Shown: one piece after another, positions 40,025 to 50,000 of the stretch
How positions within the stretch are numbered: position 1 is the stretch's first letter
Layout of the letters: each line of letters begins with the position of its first letter
Origin: Candidatus Thiodiazotropha sp.
Lineage (GTDB): Bacteria > Pseudomonadota > Gammaproteobacteria > Chromatiales > Chromatiaceae
DNA length: 64,000 nucleotides
Assembly: GCA_050305635.1 (NCBI GenBank)
Contig: JBNLFS010000057.1
Location: forward strand, 11,347-75,346
Direction of reading: 5' to 3'
Made by a program: the position numbers and the translations under genes
Notes under the pieces: generated by a model
The model's input: only the letters and a program-made list of their open reading frames with translations
Databases searched by the model: none
What the model was told of the DNA's origin: nothing

Positions 40025-40657
40025 ATGACCGCCTCAATCCAGAATCCGCACTTCCTGATGCGCCGGCTGCACTCTCTGCTGGGGCTTCTGCCCGTGGGCG
40101 GGTTCCTCGCGTTCCACTTGTGGGAGAACTCCCAGTCCCGGTTCGGCGCCGAGCACTACAACGAACAGGTGGTGGGCTGGCTGCAGAGCCTCAACTACCT
40201 GGTGGTGATGGAGATCTTCGTCATCACCCTGCCACTGCTGTTTCATGCCGGCTACGGTCTGCTGATCCTGCGCGACGGCAGCCGGGATTGGAACCGCTTC
40301 CCCTGGCTGCATCACCGGTTCTATTTCCTGCAACGCCTCTCCGGGGTGGCGATCCTGCTGTTTCTGCTCTTTCATGTGGGCTGGACTCGCCTGTATGGTC
40401 TGTATGATCCGAGCGTAAGACTGGATCTCTACGCTCACATGCAACAGCTGTTGAGCGTGCCCTGGATCTTCGCGGTGTACCTGCTGGGCCTGATATTGTC
40501 GGTGTTCCACCTCAGCAACGGCCTCTGGACCATGGCCATCTCCTGGGGCATGACCACCAGCGCGGCGGCACAGCGCCTGTGGTTCTATGCCTGTTGTGGA
40601 ATTTTCCTGTTGCTCAGTGCCCTGGGGATTCACGGCATGCTGGGGTTTGTGCTATGA
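40025..40657 (+). CDS. sdhC: Succinate dehydrogenase/fumarate reductase cytochrome b558 subunit (Bacillus-type)
   Basis: RRLHSLLGLLPVGGFLAFHL, PLLFHAGYG, LQRLSG..FLLFHV, FHLSNGLW; 5 TM segments with His haem ligands. Confidence 0.88.
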   Translation: MTASIQNPHFLMRRLHSLLGLLPVGGFLAFHLWENSQSRFGAEHYNEQVVGWLQSLNYLVVMEIFVITLPLLFHAGYGLLILRDGSRDWNRFPWLHHRFYFLQRLSGVAILLFLLFHVGWTRLYGLYDPSVRLDLYAHMQQLLSVPWIFAVYLLGLILSVFHLSNGLWTMAISWGMTTSAAAQRLWFYACCGIFLLLSALGIHGMLGFVL

Positions 40658-42540
40658 AGCGGCCACGCAAGGTGATCGTCATCGGCGGCGGCCTGGGGGG
40701 TCTGTGGGCCGCCCTGCGGGTGGCCGAGTCCGGCGCCCAGGTCGACATCTTCTCCCTGTTCGAGGTCAAGCGCTCCCACTCCGTGTGTGCTCAGGGGGGC
40801 ATCAACGCCTGTTTCGACACCAAGGGGGAACGGGACTCGATCTGGCAGCATATCGTGGACACCCTCAAGGGCGGCGCCTACCTGGCCAACCAACCCCCGG
40901 TCAAATCCATGTGCGAGGAGGCCCCGGGGCTGATCCGCACTTTCGAGCGCATGGGCGTCACCTTCTCCCGCACTCCGGAGGGCCTGATGGATCTGCGCCT
41001 GTTCGGCGGGGTGAAAAACCGGCGTACCGTATTCGCCGGAGCCAGCACCGGGCAACAACTCCTCTACGGGGTAGACCAGGAGGTTCGGCGCCAGGAGTCC
41101 CTGGGACGGGTGCAGAAATACGAGTGGTGGGAGTTTCTCTCCCTGGTCCTGGATGCCCAGGGCGCCTGCAAGGGCATCGTCGCCATGAACCTGCGCACCC
41201 TGGAGGTGACCCGCTTCCGCGCCGACGCGGTGATACTCGCCACCGGCGGCATGGGACAGGTCTATGGACATCGCTCCACCAATTCGACCAATTCCACCGG
41301 CTCAGCCGCCTGCCGTGCCTACCAGCAGGGGGCCTGGTTCGCCAATACCGAGTTCTTCCAGTTTCACCCCACCGCCATGCTCGGCGATGACAAGACCCGC
41401 CTGATGAGCGAGGCGGCCCGGGGCGAGGGGGGCCGCATCTGGGTACCCAAGGATCCCCAGGACACACGCCGTCCCCGGGAGATCCCCGATGCGGATCGGT
41501 TCTACTTCCTCGAAGAGTGGTACCCGAGTTACGGCAACACCGTGCCCCGGGACGTGGCCTCACGGGCCATCTGGCGGGTGGTCCACGAAATGGGACTCGG
41601 CGTGGGCGGCGAGCACAAGGTCTATCTCGACCTGACACATCTCAATCCGGGATTCATCGAGAACCGCCTGCATGCGATTCTCGACATCTACCGCAAGTTT
41701 CATGGTGACGATCCGGTGCATGAGCCGATGGTCATCTACCCCTCCGCCCACTACGCCATGGGCGGCTTGTGGGTGGATTTCGAAAAAGACGGCTCCGGAG
41801 GCATGACCCCGGGAAGCCCGCGCAACCACGCCACCAACATCCCCGGACTCTACGCCTGCGGCGAGTGCGACTACGGTTACCACGGCGCCAACCGGCTGGG
41901 CGCCAACTCCCTGCTCTCGGCCTCCTACAGCGGCCGGGTCACCGGTGAATCGGTCGCCAGTTACCTGAAGGGTCTGCAGGAGGACCATGAATCGGTACCC
42001 GAGCGCATCTACGAGGACGAGATCCAGCGTCAGCAGACGATCAATCAGGCCCTGCTTGACGGCAACGGCCGGGAGAACCCCTACGCCCTGCACCGGGAAC
42101 TGGGTGAGGTGATGTCCGACCGGGTCGGCGTGGTGCGGGACAACGAGAACCTGGGCAAGGCGCTGGAGGAGTTGCGGGAACTCGAAGCACGCACCCACCA
42201 GGTCGATCTGCAGGAGGCCAACCGCTGGTCCAACCAGGGACTCGCCTTTACCCGTCAGTTACAGGAGATGATCCGGCTCGGCCAGGTCATCGCCGCCAGC
42301 GCCCAGGCCCGGGACGAGTGCCGCGGCGCCCACTACAAACCGGCCTACGAACTGGCGATGCCCAAGGACGCCTACCCGGGCGATCCGGCTTACGAAGCCT
42401 ACCGGGAGGCCTGGAAGGCGCAGAACGACCAGTGGCTGAAGACCACCCTTGCCGAATACGCCGAACCGGGCACAAAGATCCGCTACCAGCCGGTGGATCT
42501 GTCGGTGCTCTCCCCGGAACAGCCCCGGGACTATCGTTGA
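40654..42540 (+). CDS. sdhA: Succinate dehydrogenase/fumarate reductase flavoprotein
   Basis: GGGLGG, KRSHSVCAQGGIN (covalent-FAD His), QFHPT, RLMSEAARGEGG, HYAMGG, HGANRLGANSL, ECRGAHY. Confidence 0.93.
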   Translation: MKRPRKVIVIGGGLGGLWAALRVAESGAQVDIFSLFEVKRSHSVCAQGGINACFDTKGERDSIWQHIVDTLKGGAYLANQPPVKSMCEEAPGLIRTFERMGVTFSRTPEGLMDLRLFGGVKNRRTVFAGASTGQQLLYGVDQEVRRQESLGRVQKYEWWEFLSLVLDAQGACKGIVAMNLRTLEVTRFRADAVILATGGMGQVYGHRSTNSTNSTGSAACRAYQQGAWFANTEFFQFHPTAMLGDDKTRLMSEAARGEGGRIWVPKDPQDTRRPREIPDADRFYFLEEWYPSYGNTVPRDVASRAIWRVVHEMGLGVGGEHKVYLDLTHLNPGFIENRLHAILDIYRKFHGDDPVHEPMVIYPSAHYAMGGLWVDFEKDGSGGMTPGSPRNHATNIPGLYACGECDYGYHGANRLGANSLLSASYSGRVTGESVASYLKGLQEDHESVPERIYEDEIQRQQTINQALLDGNGRENPYALHRELGEVMSDRVGVVRDNENLGKALEELRELEARTHQVDLQEANRWSNQGLAFTRQLQEMIRLGQVIAASAQARDECRGAHYKPAYELAMPKDAYPGDPAYEAYREAWKAQNDQWLKTTLAEYAEPGTKIRYQPVDLSVLSPEQPRDYR

Positions 42541-42548
42541 GGGCCGCC

Positions 42549-43298
42549 ATGAAGCGTATAGAATTCCATATCCGCCGCCAGGACAATCCCTACAGCCCGC
42601 CCTACTGGCAGCGTTTCCGCATCCCCTACCGAGCCGGCCACAACGTGGTCTCCGCACTCATGGAGCTGCGTGAAAACCCGCTCACCCTGGACGGCCATCG
42701 GGTCGACCCGGTGGCCTGGGAGTCTAACTGCATGGAAGAGGTCTGCGGGGCCTGCAGCATGATCATCAACGGGCGGCCCCGCCAGGCCTGTTCCGCCCTG
42801 GTCGACACCCTGGAGCAGCCGATCCGCCTCGAACCCCTGAGCAAGTTCCCGGTGATCCGGGATCTGATGGTGGATCGCAGCCGAATGTTCAGCGACCTGA
42901 AGAAGGTCCGCGCCTGGATCGAGATCGACGGTGCCTGGGACATCCAGGAGGGCGCCCCGCGCATCTCCCCGGAGGCATGGAAGGACAACTACCTCTACAG
43001 CCGTTGCATGTCCTGCGGGTGCTGCATGGAGGCCTGCCCCCAGTACACCATGGCCGAGGATTTCGTCGGGCCCGCAACCCTGGCGGCAGTGCGCCTGATG
43101 AACGCCCACCCCACCGGGCAGTATCACAAGTCCCAACGACTCCATGCGATCATGGCTGAGGGTGGTCTGAGTGACTGCGGCAATGCGCAGAACTGCGTCC
43201 AGGTCTGTCCCAAGGAGATCCCCCTGACCACCGCCATCGGTGAATTGGGCCGTCAGGTCACACTGCAGATGTTCAGGGATCTGTTTGGAAAATCCTGA
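42549..43298 (+). CDS. sdhB: Succinate dehydrogenase/fumarate reductase Fe-S subunit
   Basis: WESNCMEEVCGACSM, RQACSAL, CMSCGCCMEACP, CGNAQNCVQVCPKEIPL. Confidence 0.93.
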   Translation: MKRIEFHIRRQDNPYSPPYWQRFRIPYRAGHNVVSALMELRENPLTLDGHRVDPVAWESNCMEEVCGACSMIINGRPRQACSALVDTLEQPIRLEPLSKFPVIRDLMVDRSRMFSDLKKVRAWIEIDGAWDIQEGAPRISPEAWKDNYLYSRCMSCGCCMEACPQYTMAEDFVGPATLAAVRLMNAHPTGQYHKSQRLHAIMAEGGLSDCGNAQNCVQVCPKEIPLTTAIGELGRQVTLQMFRDLFGKS

Positions 43299-43329
43299 GT
43301 GACTGTCAAAGGCAGCTAGCTGCTTACGT

Positions 43330-43441
43330 CTCGTTCCCACGCTCTGCGTGGGAATGCAGACCCGGGCTTATGCGAACACATCGGACCGGGACCATACCAC
43401 AAAGCTTAGGTATGCATTCCCACGCAAAGCATGGGAACGAG
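43330..43441. repeat. REPIN-like inverted doublet, family A
   Basis: ctcgttcccacgctctgcgtgggaatgcagaccc ... cttaggtatgcattcccacgcaaagcatgggaacgag (112 bp). Confidence 0.85.
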
Positions 43442-43600
43442 ACGAATCCTCAACCCCACATCGACAGTGACCAGGTTGCGCCACGCAACTGTGCACCGCG
43501 TCTCAACGCCGCAGCGGTCTTCGAGGCTATGCTCGGGGGCTGTTTCGGAGCCGACCGCTAAGCGGGATTATCGGCACCGAGGTCATGCAGAGGTTTCTTC

Positions 43601-45145
43601 ATGGTTGCCCGACGGGTCGCACCTGCCACCTTGACACTGATTTCGATCGCCGTGTTGCTTGTCTCTGCGGCGGGCTTCGCACGCTTTTTCGGCCTGGATC
43701 GGATGGTCGTATGGCACGACGAAGTGTTTTCGGTGATTCGAGTGCTGGGTTTTGACCATGCGGAGGTCAGGCACTCGCTCTTCTCGGGCGGTGAGTATCT
43801 GAATGCAGCACAGGTGCTGCGCTTTCAGGCGCCCGACCCGGCACTGGGCTGGTCGGATACCTGGCGAGCATTACTAGGGCATCCGGAACACCCCCCCTTG
43901 TTCTTCCTCCTTGCGCGTTTGTCGGTTGAACCGGGTGAATTCACGGCCATCGGGATTCGCGCGACCTCCGCATTGCTGAGCCTGCTGTTGTTTCCGGCCT
44001 TTGCCTGGTGGGCGCGGGAACTCTACGGGCGCGGACCGGCGCCCTGGTTGGCGCTCGTACTGCTGGCGGTATCGCCGCTGCACCTGTTGTTTGCCCAGGA
44101 GGCTCGCCAATACGCCCTGTGGAGTGTTCTGATTGCCGCCTCGAGTGCCGCGCTGTTACGCGCACTGCGCTGCGACTCGAACTCCAGCTGGTCACTGTAT
44201 GCGCTCCTGCTGTCCCTTGCGCTGTACACGCATCTGTTGAGTGGTCTACTGCTCGGTGCTCACCTGGTCTACGTGGGCTGGCGCGGATTCCGTGGTAACG
44301 ATCTGCAGCGAAAAACTCTCCGTCACCTGGGATTGGCCGTGACTGCCGCGTTGCTCGCGTTTCTGCCCTGGTTGATGGTGATCATAGACGGCTACGCGGC
44401 ATACCAGCAGTTCACCCATTGGATGTCGCATACGGTGAGCATGCAACGGCTGATGTGGATCTGGCTGCAGCACTTTTCCCGTCCATTCATCGATCTTCCC
44501 GGACATGCCTGGCCAGCGCTGCTGCTGGTGTTGGTGATCCTCGCAATCCTGCGCCACGCGCCTAGGGAGGGATCGAAGAAGCTGCTGTGGACGATGCTGT
44601 TGATCTGGGTGCTTGCTCTGTTGTTGCCGGATCTGTTGCTCGGGGGACGCAGATCCCTGGAGTCCCGTTACCTGATGCCCGCGTTTCTCGCAATTGAGAT
44701 GTTACTGGTAGGCGCCATGAGCGATTATTGGCAAGGTGGTGTGGGCTCGCGTCGGATTGCGATTGTTTTGCTGGCGCTGTTGAGCGCTGGTGGGTTGCTG
44801 TCTCAATGGCAGATTCTGCACGCCGATACCTGGTGGACGAAATCATACAGTGCTGGCAATGCCGCGCTGGCCCGCACGATCAATCGCACGGAACGACCGG
44901 TGGTGCTGGTCGGCGCGGGTGACCCGAATTTGGGTGAGATCATATCCCTGAGCTATCGATTGAAGCCGAAAGTCCGGCTGCGTATCCAGACTGATTACGC
45001 TGACTATGATCCGCCAACGGACGCAACAGCACTGTTTGCGCTCAGCCCCGGTGTGTCGTTGCGGCGTCACCTCGACCCGGATTTCCTCTTCGAGCAACTT
45101 CCCGGAAACCGACAATGGTATCGCATTGAGCACAGACACCGCTGA
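43601..45145 (+). CDS. GT39/PMT-like (GT-C) membrane glycosyltransferase
   Basis: VWHDEVFS, EHPPLFFLL, AVSPLHLLFAQEARQYALW, ALYTHL, RYLMPAFL; polytopic. Confidence 0.82.
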   Translation: MVARRVAPATLTLISIAVLLVSAAGFARFFGLDRMVVWHDEVFSVIRVLGFDHAEVRHSLFSGGEYLNAAQVLRFQAPDPALGWSDTWRALLGHPEHPPLFFLLARLSVEPGEFTAIGIRATSALLSLLLFPAFAWWARELYGRGPAPWLALVLLAVSPLHLLFAQEARQYALWSVLIAASSAALLRALRCDSNSSWSLYALLLSLALYTHLLSGLLLGAHLVYVGWRGFRGNDLQRKTLRHLGLAVTAALLAFLPWLMVIIDGYAAYQQFTHWMSHTVSMQRLMWIWLQHFSRPFIDLPGHAWPALLLVLVILAILRHAPREGSKKLLWTMLLIWVLALLLPDLLLGGRRSLESRYLMPAFLAIEMLLVGAMSDYWQGGVGSRRIAIVLLALLSAGGLLSQWQILHADTWWTKSYSAGNAALARTINRTERPVVLVGAGDPNLGEIISLSYRLKPKVRLRIQTDYADYDPPTDATALFALSPGVSLRRHLDPDFLFEQLPGNRQWYRIEHRHR

Positions 45146-45255
45146 GTCACATCAGTACTGATACCCGTTGTGCTTCGTATTCTGCCGGATCCCGGTGGAG
45201 CGTTCGATTACCGGGTTAGCGGAGGTGTAACGGAGATTGGCAACCTGTTGATCAA

Positions 45256-46329
45256 TCAACCCAGGTGGGGCGTTTCCAGATAGGCGTCCGACTGCATCTC
45301 CTTGAGGCGGCTGGCGGTGCGTTTGAACTCGAACGCGAGACGTTGCCCCACATACAGGGTATCCGGTGGAGCATCCGCGCTGATCACCACATTGACCTTG
45401 CGGTCGTAGAGTACATCGATCAGATTGATGAAGCGGCGACTTCGGTCATCCCAGGTGCCATCGAGCTGAGGGATATCGGAAATGAACAGGGTGTGATGGC
45501 AGCGGGCCAGTTCCAGATAGTCGTTCTGCCAGCGGGGCGGTCCGCACAGGGCATTGAAGTCACACCAGATCACCCCGTTGCAGCGTTTGATATAGCGTAC
45601 CGCCCGTCCCGGTACCGGAAAACTGCCCAGATCCTCGACCATACCGCTCACCAGCCGGTCGAACTCCCGGCTCAGTGAGATCGTCGCCTCATCCCCCAAA
45701 GGGGTGTGATAGAGCGCCGAAGCACCGAACAATTGCAGCCGGTAGTCACGCTCTCCAGAGAGTTCAATGACCTGATTACGGGTATTCAACAGATCGATCG
45801 CAGGCAGAAACTGATCTCTTTGCAAACCCTCCCAATAGAGCCGGTCGGGGGGTTGATTGGAGGTGGTCACCAGCACGATGCCGCACTGATAGAGGGCTGT
45901 GAGCAGGCCCCTGAGCAGCATCGCATCACCGATATCGATGACATTGAATTCGTCCAGACACAGTACTCGCATGCGTCCGGCCATCTCACGGGCAATCGCC
46001 GGCATGGGATCGCCCTGCCCCTGATGGGCTCTGAGACGTCGATGAATCTCGCGCATGAAGGCATGAAAATGGTGCCGTTCGATGCCCAGATCCGGGTAAG
46101 CCTGGTGAAAGAGATCCATCAGCCAGGTCTTACCCCGCCCCACCCCGCCCCAGAGATAGATCCCCTTGAGTGCATCCGGTTTGGTTTGCCAGAACCAGTG
46201 CCGGTTTTTTTTCGGCTGAGACAACTCCTTGGCCAACCGGGCGAACGTTTCGATCACACCCTCCTGTTCAGGATCGGCATGATAGCCTCGGGCTTGCAGT
46301 TGTTGATGGTAATAGGCCAGTAAAGACAC
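45256..46329 (-). CDS. zapE: Cell division ATPase ZapE (AFG1 family)
   Basis: GIYLWGGVGRGKTWLMDLF, HFHAFM, LCLDEF, TSNQPPDRLY, RRFINLIDVLYD, FKRTASRLKEM; start uncertain (GTG 46329 chosen). Confidence 0.92.
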   Translation of the reverse strand: MSLLAYYHQQLQARGYHADPEQEGVIETFARLAKELSQPKKNRHWFWQTKPDALKGIYLWGGVGRGKTWLMDLFHQAYPDLGIERHHFHAFMREIHRRLRAHQGQGDPMPAIAREMAGRMRVLCLDEFNVIDIGDAMLLRGLLTALYQCGIVLVTTSNQPPDRLYWEGLQRDQFLPAIDLLNTRNQVIELSGERDYRLQLFGASALYHTPLGDEATISLSREFDRLVSGMVEDLGSFPVPGRAVRYIKRCNGVIWCDFNALCGPPRWQNDYLELARCHHTLFISDIPQLDGTWDDRSRRFINLIDVLYDRKVNVVISADAPPDTLYVGQRLAFEFKRTASRLKEMQSDAYLETPHLG

Positions 46330-46557
46330 GGCGGATCTTGTTGTGTTGGCTGAAAGGTTCCCCGGATTGTCCTTTGCCGGTCGGTAAATGACAACCATCA
46401 AGGCTAATGAAGGCTGACGGGCAGGCTGGGACAGCATGGGTCAAACCGGATGACACACCGGCGTGGTCGTGAAGCAAATAGCAGCGGAGGCAGCTTGAAC
46501 CTTACCCGGGAATCGGCCCGATTATCGCCGCGGTCCGGGTCTCCCGGATGGGTGAGA

Positions 46558-47037
46558 TCAGCCCGCCTGAACGATCTCCACGACCCGGCGCTCAATCTCA
46601 TCAAGATCGGGGATCAGTGCGGGACTCAGATCGAGTTCGACCCTCTGCAGTATCAGGGGTTGATGCGCCTCGTCCGCCGCGGGATCGACCGGAGCAACGT
46701 TCTCCGCGCTGACCCGCACCAGGCTGGGAATGGTGTGCACCACCAGGCCAATGTGTGACACGCCCTCGAATCCTCCCAGGGCATTGAGGATCAGGATCCT
46801 CCCCCGATGGCCGGGGGTGACAATGGGTTCACCGAGCAGTCCCTCGTAAGACACCACGGGAATCATCAATCCGCGCCATACCATGTATCCCAGAAACCAC
46901 TCCGGTGTCTCAACGACCGAGGCCTCCGGCTGCTGGTAGTCCATGACTTCGGCGACTGCCGCATTGGGCAACAGGATCTGACGCTCATGCAAATGAATGA
47001 GCACACTTCGAACTTCTTTGGTGATCGCTTGACTCAT
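46558..47037 (-). CDS. chpC: CheW-like protein ChpC
   Basis: ILLPNAAVAEV, PEWFLGYMVWRGLMIPVVSYE, ALIPDLD; overlaps the chpA stop. Confidence 0.85.
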   Translation of the reverse strand: MSQAITKEVRSVLIHLHERQILLPNAAVAEVMDYQQPEASVVETPEWFLGYMVWRGLMIPVVSYEGLLGEPIVTPGHRGRILILNALGGFEGVSHIGLVVHTIPSLVRVSAENVAPVDPAADEAHQPLILQRVELDLSPALIPDLDEIERRVVEIVQAG

Positions 47038-50000
47038 TGTTTGCTTTCCGCCAGCACTTCGTTGATGTTCTCCAGCAACTCACTTTCCTGATAGGGCTTG
47101 CCCAGACAGCGCTTGACGCCCAGATCCATGGCCCGCTGACGGTGTTTGTCGCCTACCCGGGAGGAGATCATGATGATCGGCAGCCCGTAATAGTCGACCG
47201 AGTTGTTGATGTGCCGGGCCAGTTCGAAACCGTCCATACGCGGCATTTCGATATCCAGCAGCATGATGTCCGGCACCTGTTCCTGCAGCAGGGCGACCGC
47301 TTCGACGCCGTCCTTTGCAGTGACCACTTCCATATCGTGACGTTCGAGGAGTCGGCTGGTGACCTTGCGCACGGTGATCGAATCGTCCACCACCATGACC
47401 CGCACCCGCTCTTCCACCCGTTTCTGCGCCTGCTCGACCGAAGCCCGGATCGGTGCGGTGTGGGTGGCGTCCATACGCACCAGGGCCGCCAGATCGAGAA
47501 TCAACGCCACCCGGCCGTCCGCGAGAATGGTGCCGCCGGTGATCCAGCGTACACTGCCCACCTGCTTGCCCAGGGACTTGACCACCACCTGGCGGCTGCC
47601 CAGCAATTCATCCACCTGTAACGCGACCTGATGTTCACCGGTCTGCAGCAGCAGCAGGGGCAGCCAGCGCGGACCCTCCTGCAGCTCCTGATGACCGACG
47701 CCCATCATGCGTCCCAGGTAATTGACCTTGTACTGCTTGCCGGCGTATTCGAAACCGTTCTGCGCATCCGCATAACACTGCTGCAGATCCTGACGGCGGA
47801 TGCGCACCACGGCGCTGACACTGCCGTGGGGTATGGCGTAGATCTCCTCGCTGACCCGCACCAGGAGTGCGTCGGTGATCGCCAGGGTCAACGGCAGACG
47901 GATGATGAAGCTGGTGCCGCGTCCCGGCTGGGAATCGATCTCCAGGGAGCCGCCCAGTTGCTTGACCTCGCTGACTACTACGTCCAGACCCACGCCGCGA
48001 CCGGAGATCTGGGTGACCTCCTTGGCGGTACTGAAGCCGGGCAGCAGCACGCATTGAATCAGGTCGTCGTCGCTGATCTCCGCATTGGCGTTGATCATGC
48101 CCTGTTTGACGGCCCGCGCACGGATCGCCTCGATATCCAGACCCCGCCCGTCGTCGGACAGGGTGATCAGTACGTCGGTGGCCTCCCGATCGAGGTAGAG
48201 GGAGATACGGCCGGTCTCCTGTTTGCCGGTGGAGACACGGTCCTGGGGATATTCGATACCGTGGGAGACGGAGTTGCGCAACAGGTGCTCGAGCACCGGC
48301 ACCATGCGGTTGAGGATACTGCGATCGAGTTCCCCTTCGATGCCGAAACACTCCAGGTTGGCCTTCTTGCTCAACTGGCCGGCGGTCTGGCGAACCAGAC
48401 GCTGCATCCGCGGCACCAGGGTAGCGAAAGGCACCATGCGGGTGCGCAACAGGCCATCCTGCAGATCGTTGGAAATCCGCGACTGCTGCAGCAGCAGGGT
48501 ATCGGTCTCACGCTGCAGATCGCGCAGGGATTCGTTGATGTTACCCAGGTCGTTGACGGTCTCCACCAGAGCCCGGGAGAGCTGCTGCATATTGGAGAAG
48601 CGGTCCAGCTCGAGGGGATCGAATTCCGCCTTCTCGTGGTCATCCTGCTCGTTGTCCCGCTCCCAGCGATACAGAATCTGCGCTTCGGTCTCGATTTCGA
48701 GACCACGCAACTGGGTGTAGAGACGGGATACCGTCTGTTCGAGTTCCGAAAGGTTGAAGCCGAGGACGCTGTTCTGCTGTTCCAGGCGGGCGCGGTAGAT
48801 GCTCACCTCGCCGGCATGATTGACCAGTCGGTCCATCAGTTCGGCATTGACGCGAACCTGATCCTTGCTCGCCTTGTGGCTCTCCTTGTCATCTTCCTGC
48901 TGGGGATTCAGCAGCTTCGCGATCTTTTCGTTGAACGGCAGCACCTTGGCGGATTTTGGCGCCTCCTCCTCGACAACCTCAGGGGGCTCAGGCGTATGCT
49001 GGATGGTCTCCACCATTCCGTCGTAGGAGGGGGTCATCTCGCCACCCAGCAGATTGTGCAGCTGGGTGACCTGCAGATCCGATGCGGGGACCTTTCCGGT
49101 CTTGCCCAGGGTATCCACCTGCAGGGCCAGATGATCGATGGCCTGCCTCAGGGTGTCGGTCACCGTCTCGATGGGATCGATCTCGCCTTCGGCCAGCGCG
49201 GTCATGAGCGATTCCACCGCGTGACTCAGATCCCCGACCGGCATGACACCGGCAAGACGTGCGCTGCCCTTGAGGGTGTGCAGATTACGTTGCATCCCAT
49301 CGATGGCGCTGCGATCACTCAGGTTATCCAGCCAGTTCTGGAAATGGGTTTCGATCTGCTCCGTGAATTCCTTGGCTTCCTCGATGAAGATCTGGATCAG
49401 TTCATCGTCTTCACCCACTTCCAACAACACTTCATCCTGCAGCAGCATGAAGGAATCTTCACCGGAGTCCAGGGACTCCGAGGTGACCTCTTCGATAGCG
49501 AAGGCGTCATCCGGCAGATCCACATCGAATGCCTCGACCCGATCCTGATCGCTGACCGCGGCCGGCGCGACTTCTTCAAGTTCTGCCTCCGCTGCCTCGT
49601 TCTCAAGCGCTTCGAGTTCCTGCTGCACCTCCGGATCGACATAGGCCTTGTCGGTCGCGCTTCGCTGACCGGCGGCATCGATCAGTGACTGAATCTCCGA
49701 GATCAGAGGATCCGCCCGATGCACACACCCGGTGGACTCCGCATCGTCGGTCTGGGTCGCAAGCAGATCCAGGGTTGCGCGGGAGAGGTTCATCACCGCG
49801 CCTTCGGCGGGTACCAGACCCCGGGTCACCGCATTGAGCAGCGACTCCATGGCATGACTCAGATCCCCCACCGGCTCAATACCCGCCAGTCGGGAGCTAC
49901 CCTTGATGGTGTGCAGCGCCCGCTGCATCGCATCCACCGGCTGGTGATCCGCGGGATTGTCACTCCATTGCTGGAATTGTCCCTCCAGGGTTTCCAGCAG

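Noticed and set aside
47631-49688. 685-aa plus-strand ORF, and similarly 54522..56447, 2845..4308, 16383..17660, 8335..9819 and 33298..34689
   Set aside because: Antisense shadows of well-supported genes, expected with high-GC codon bias
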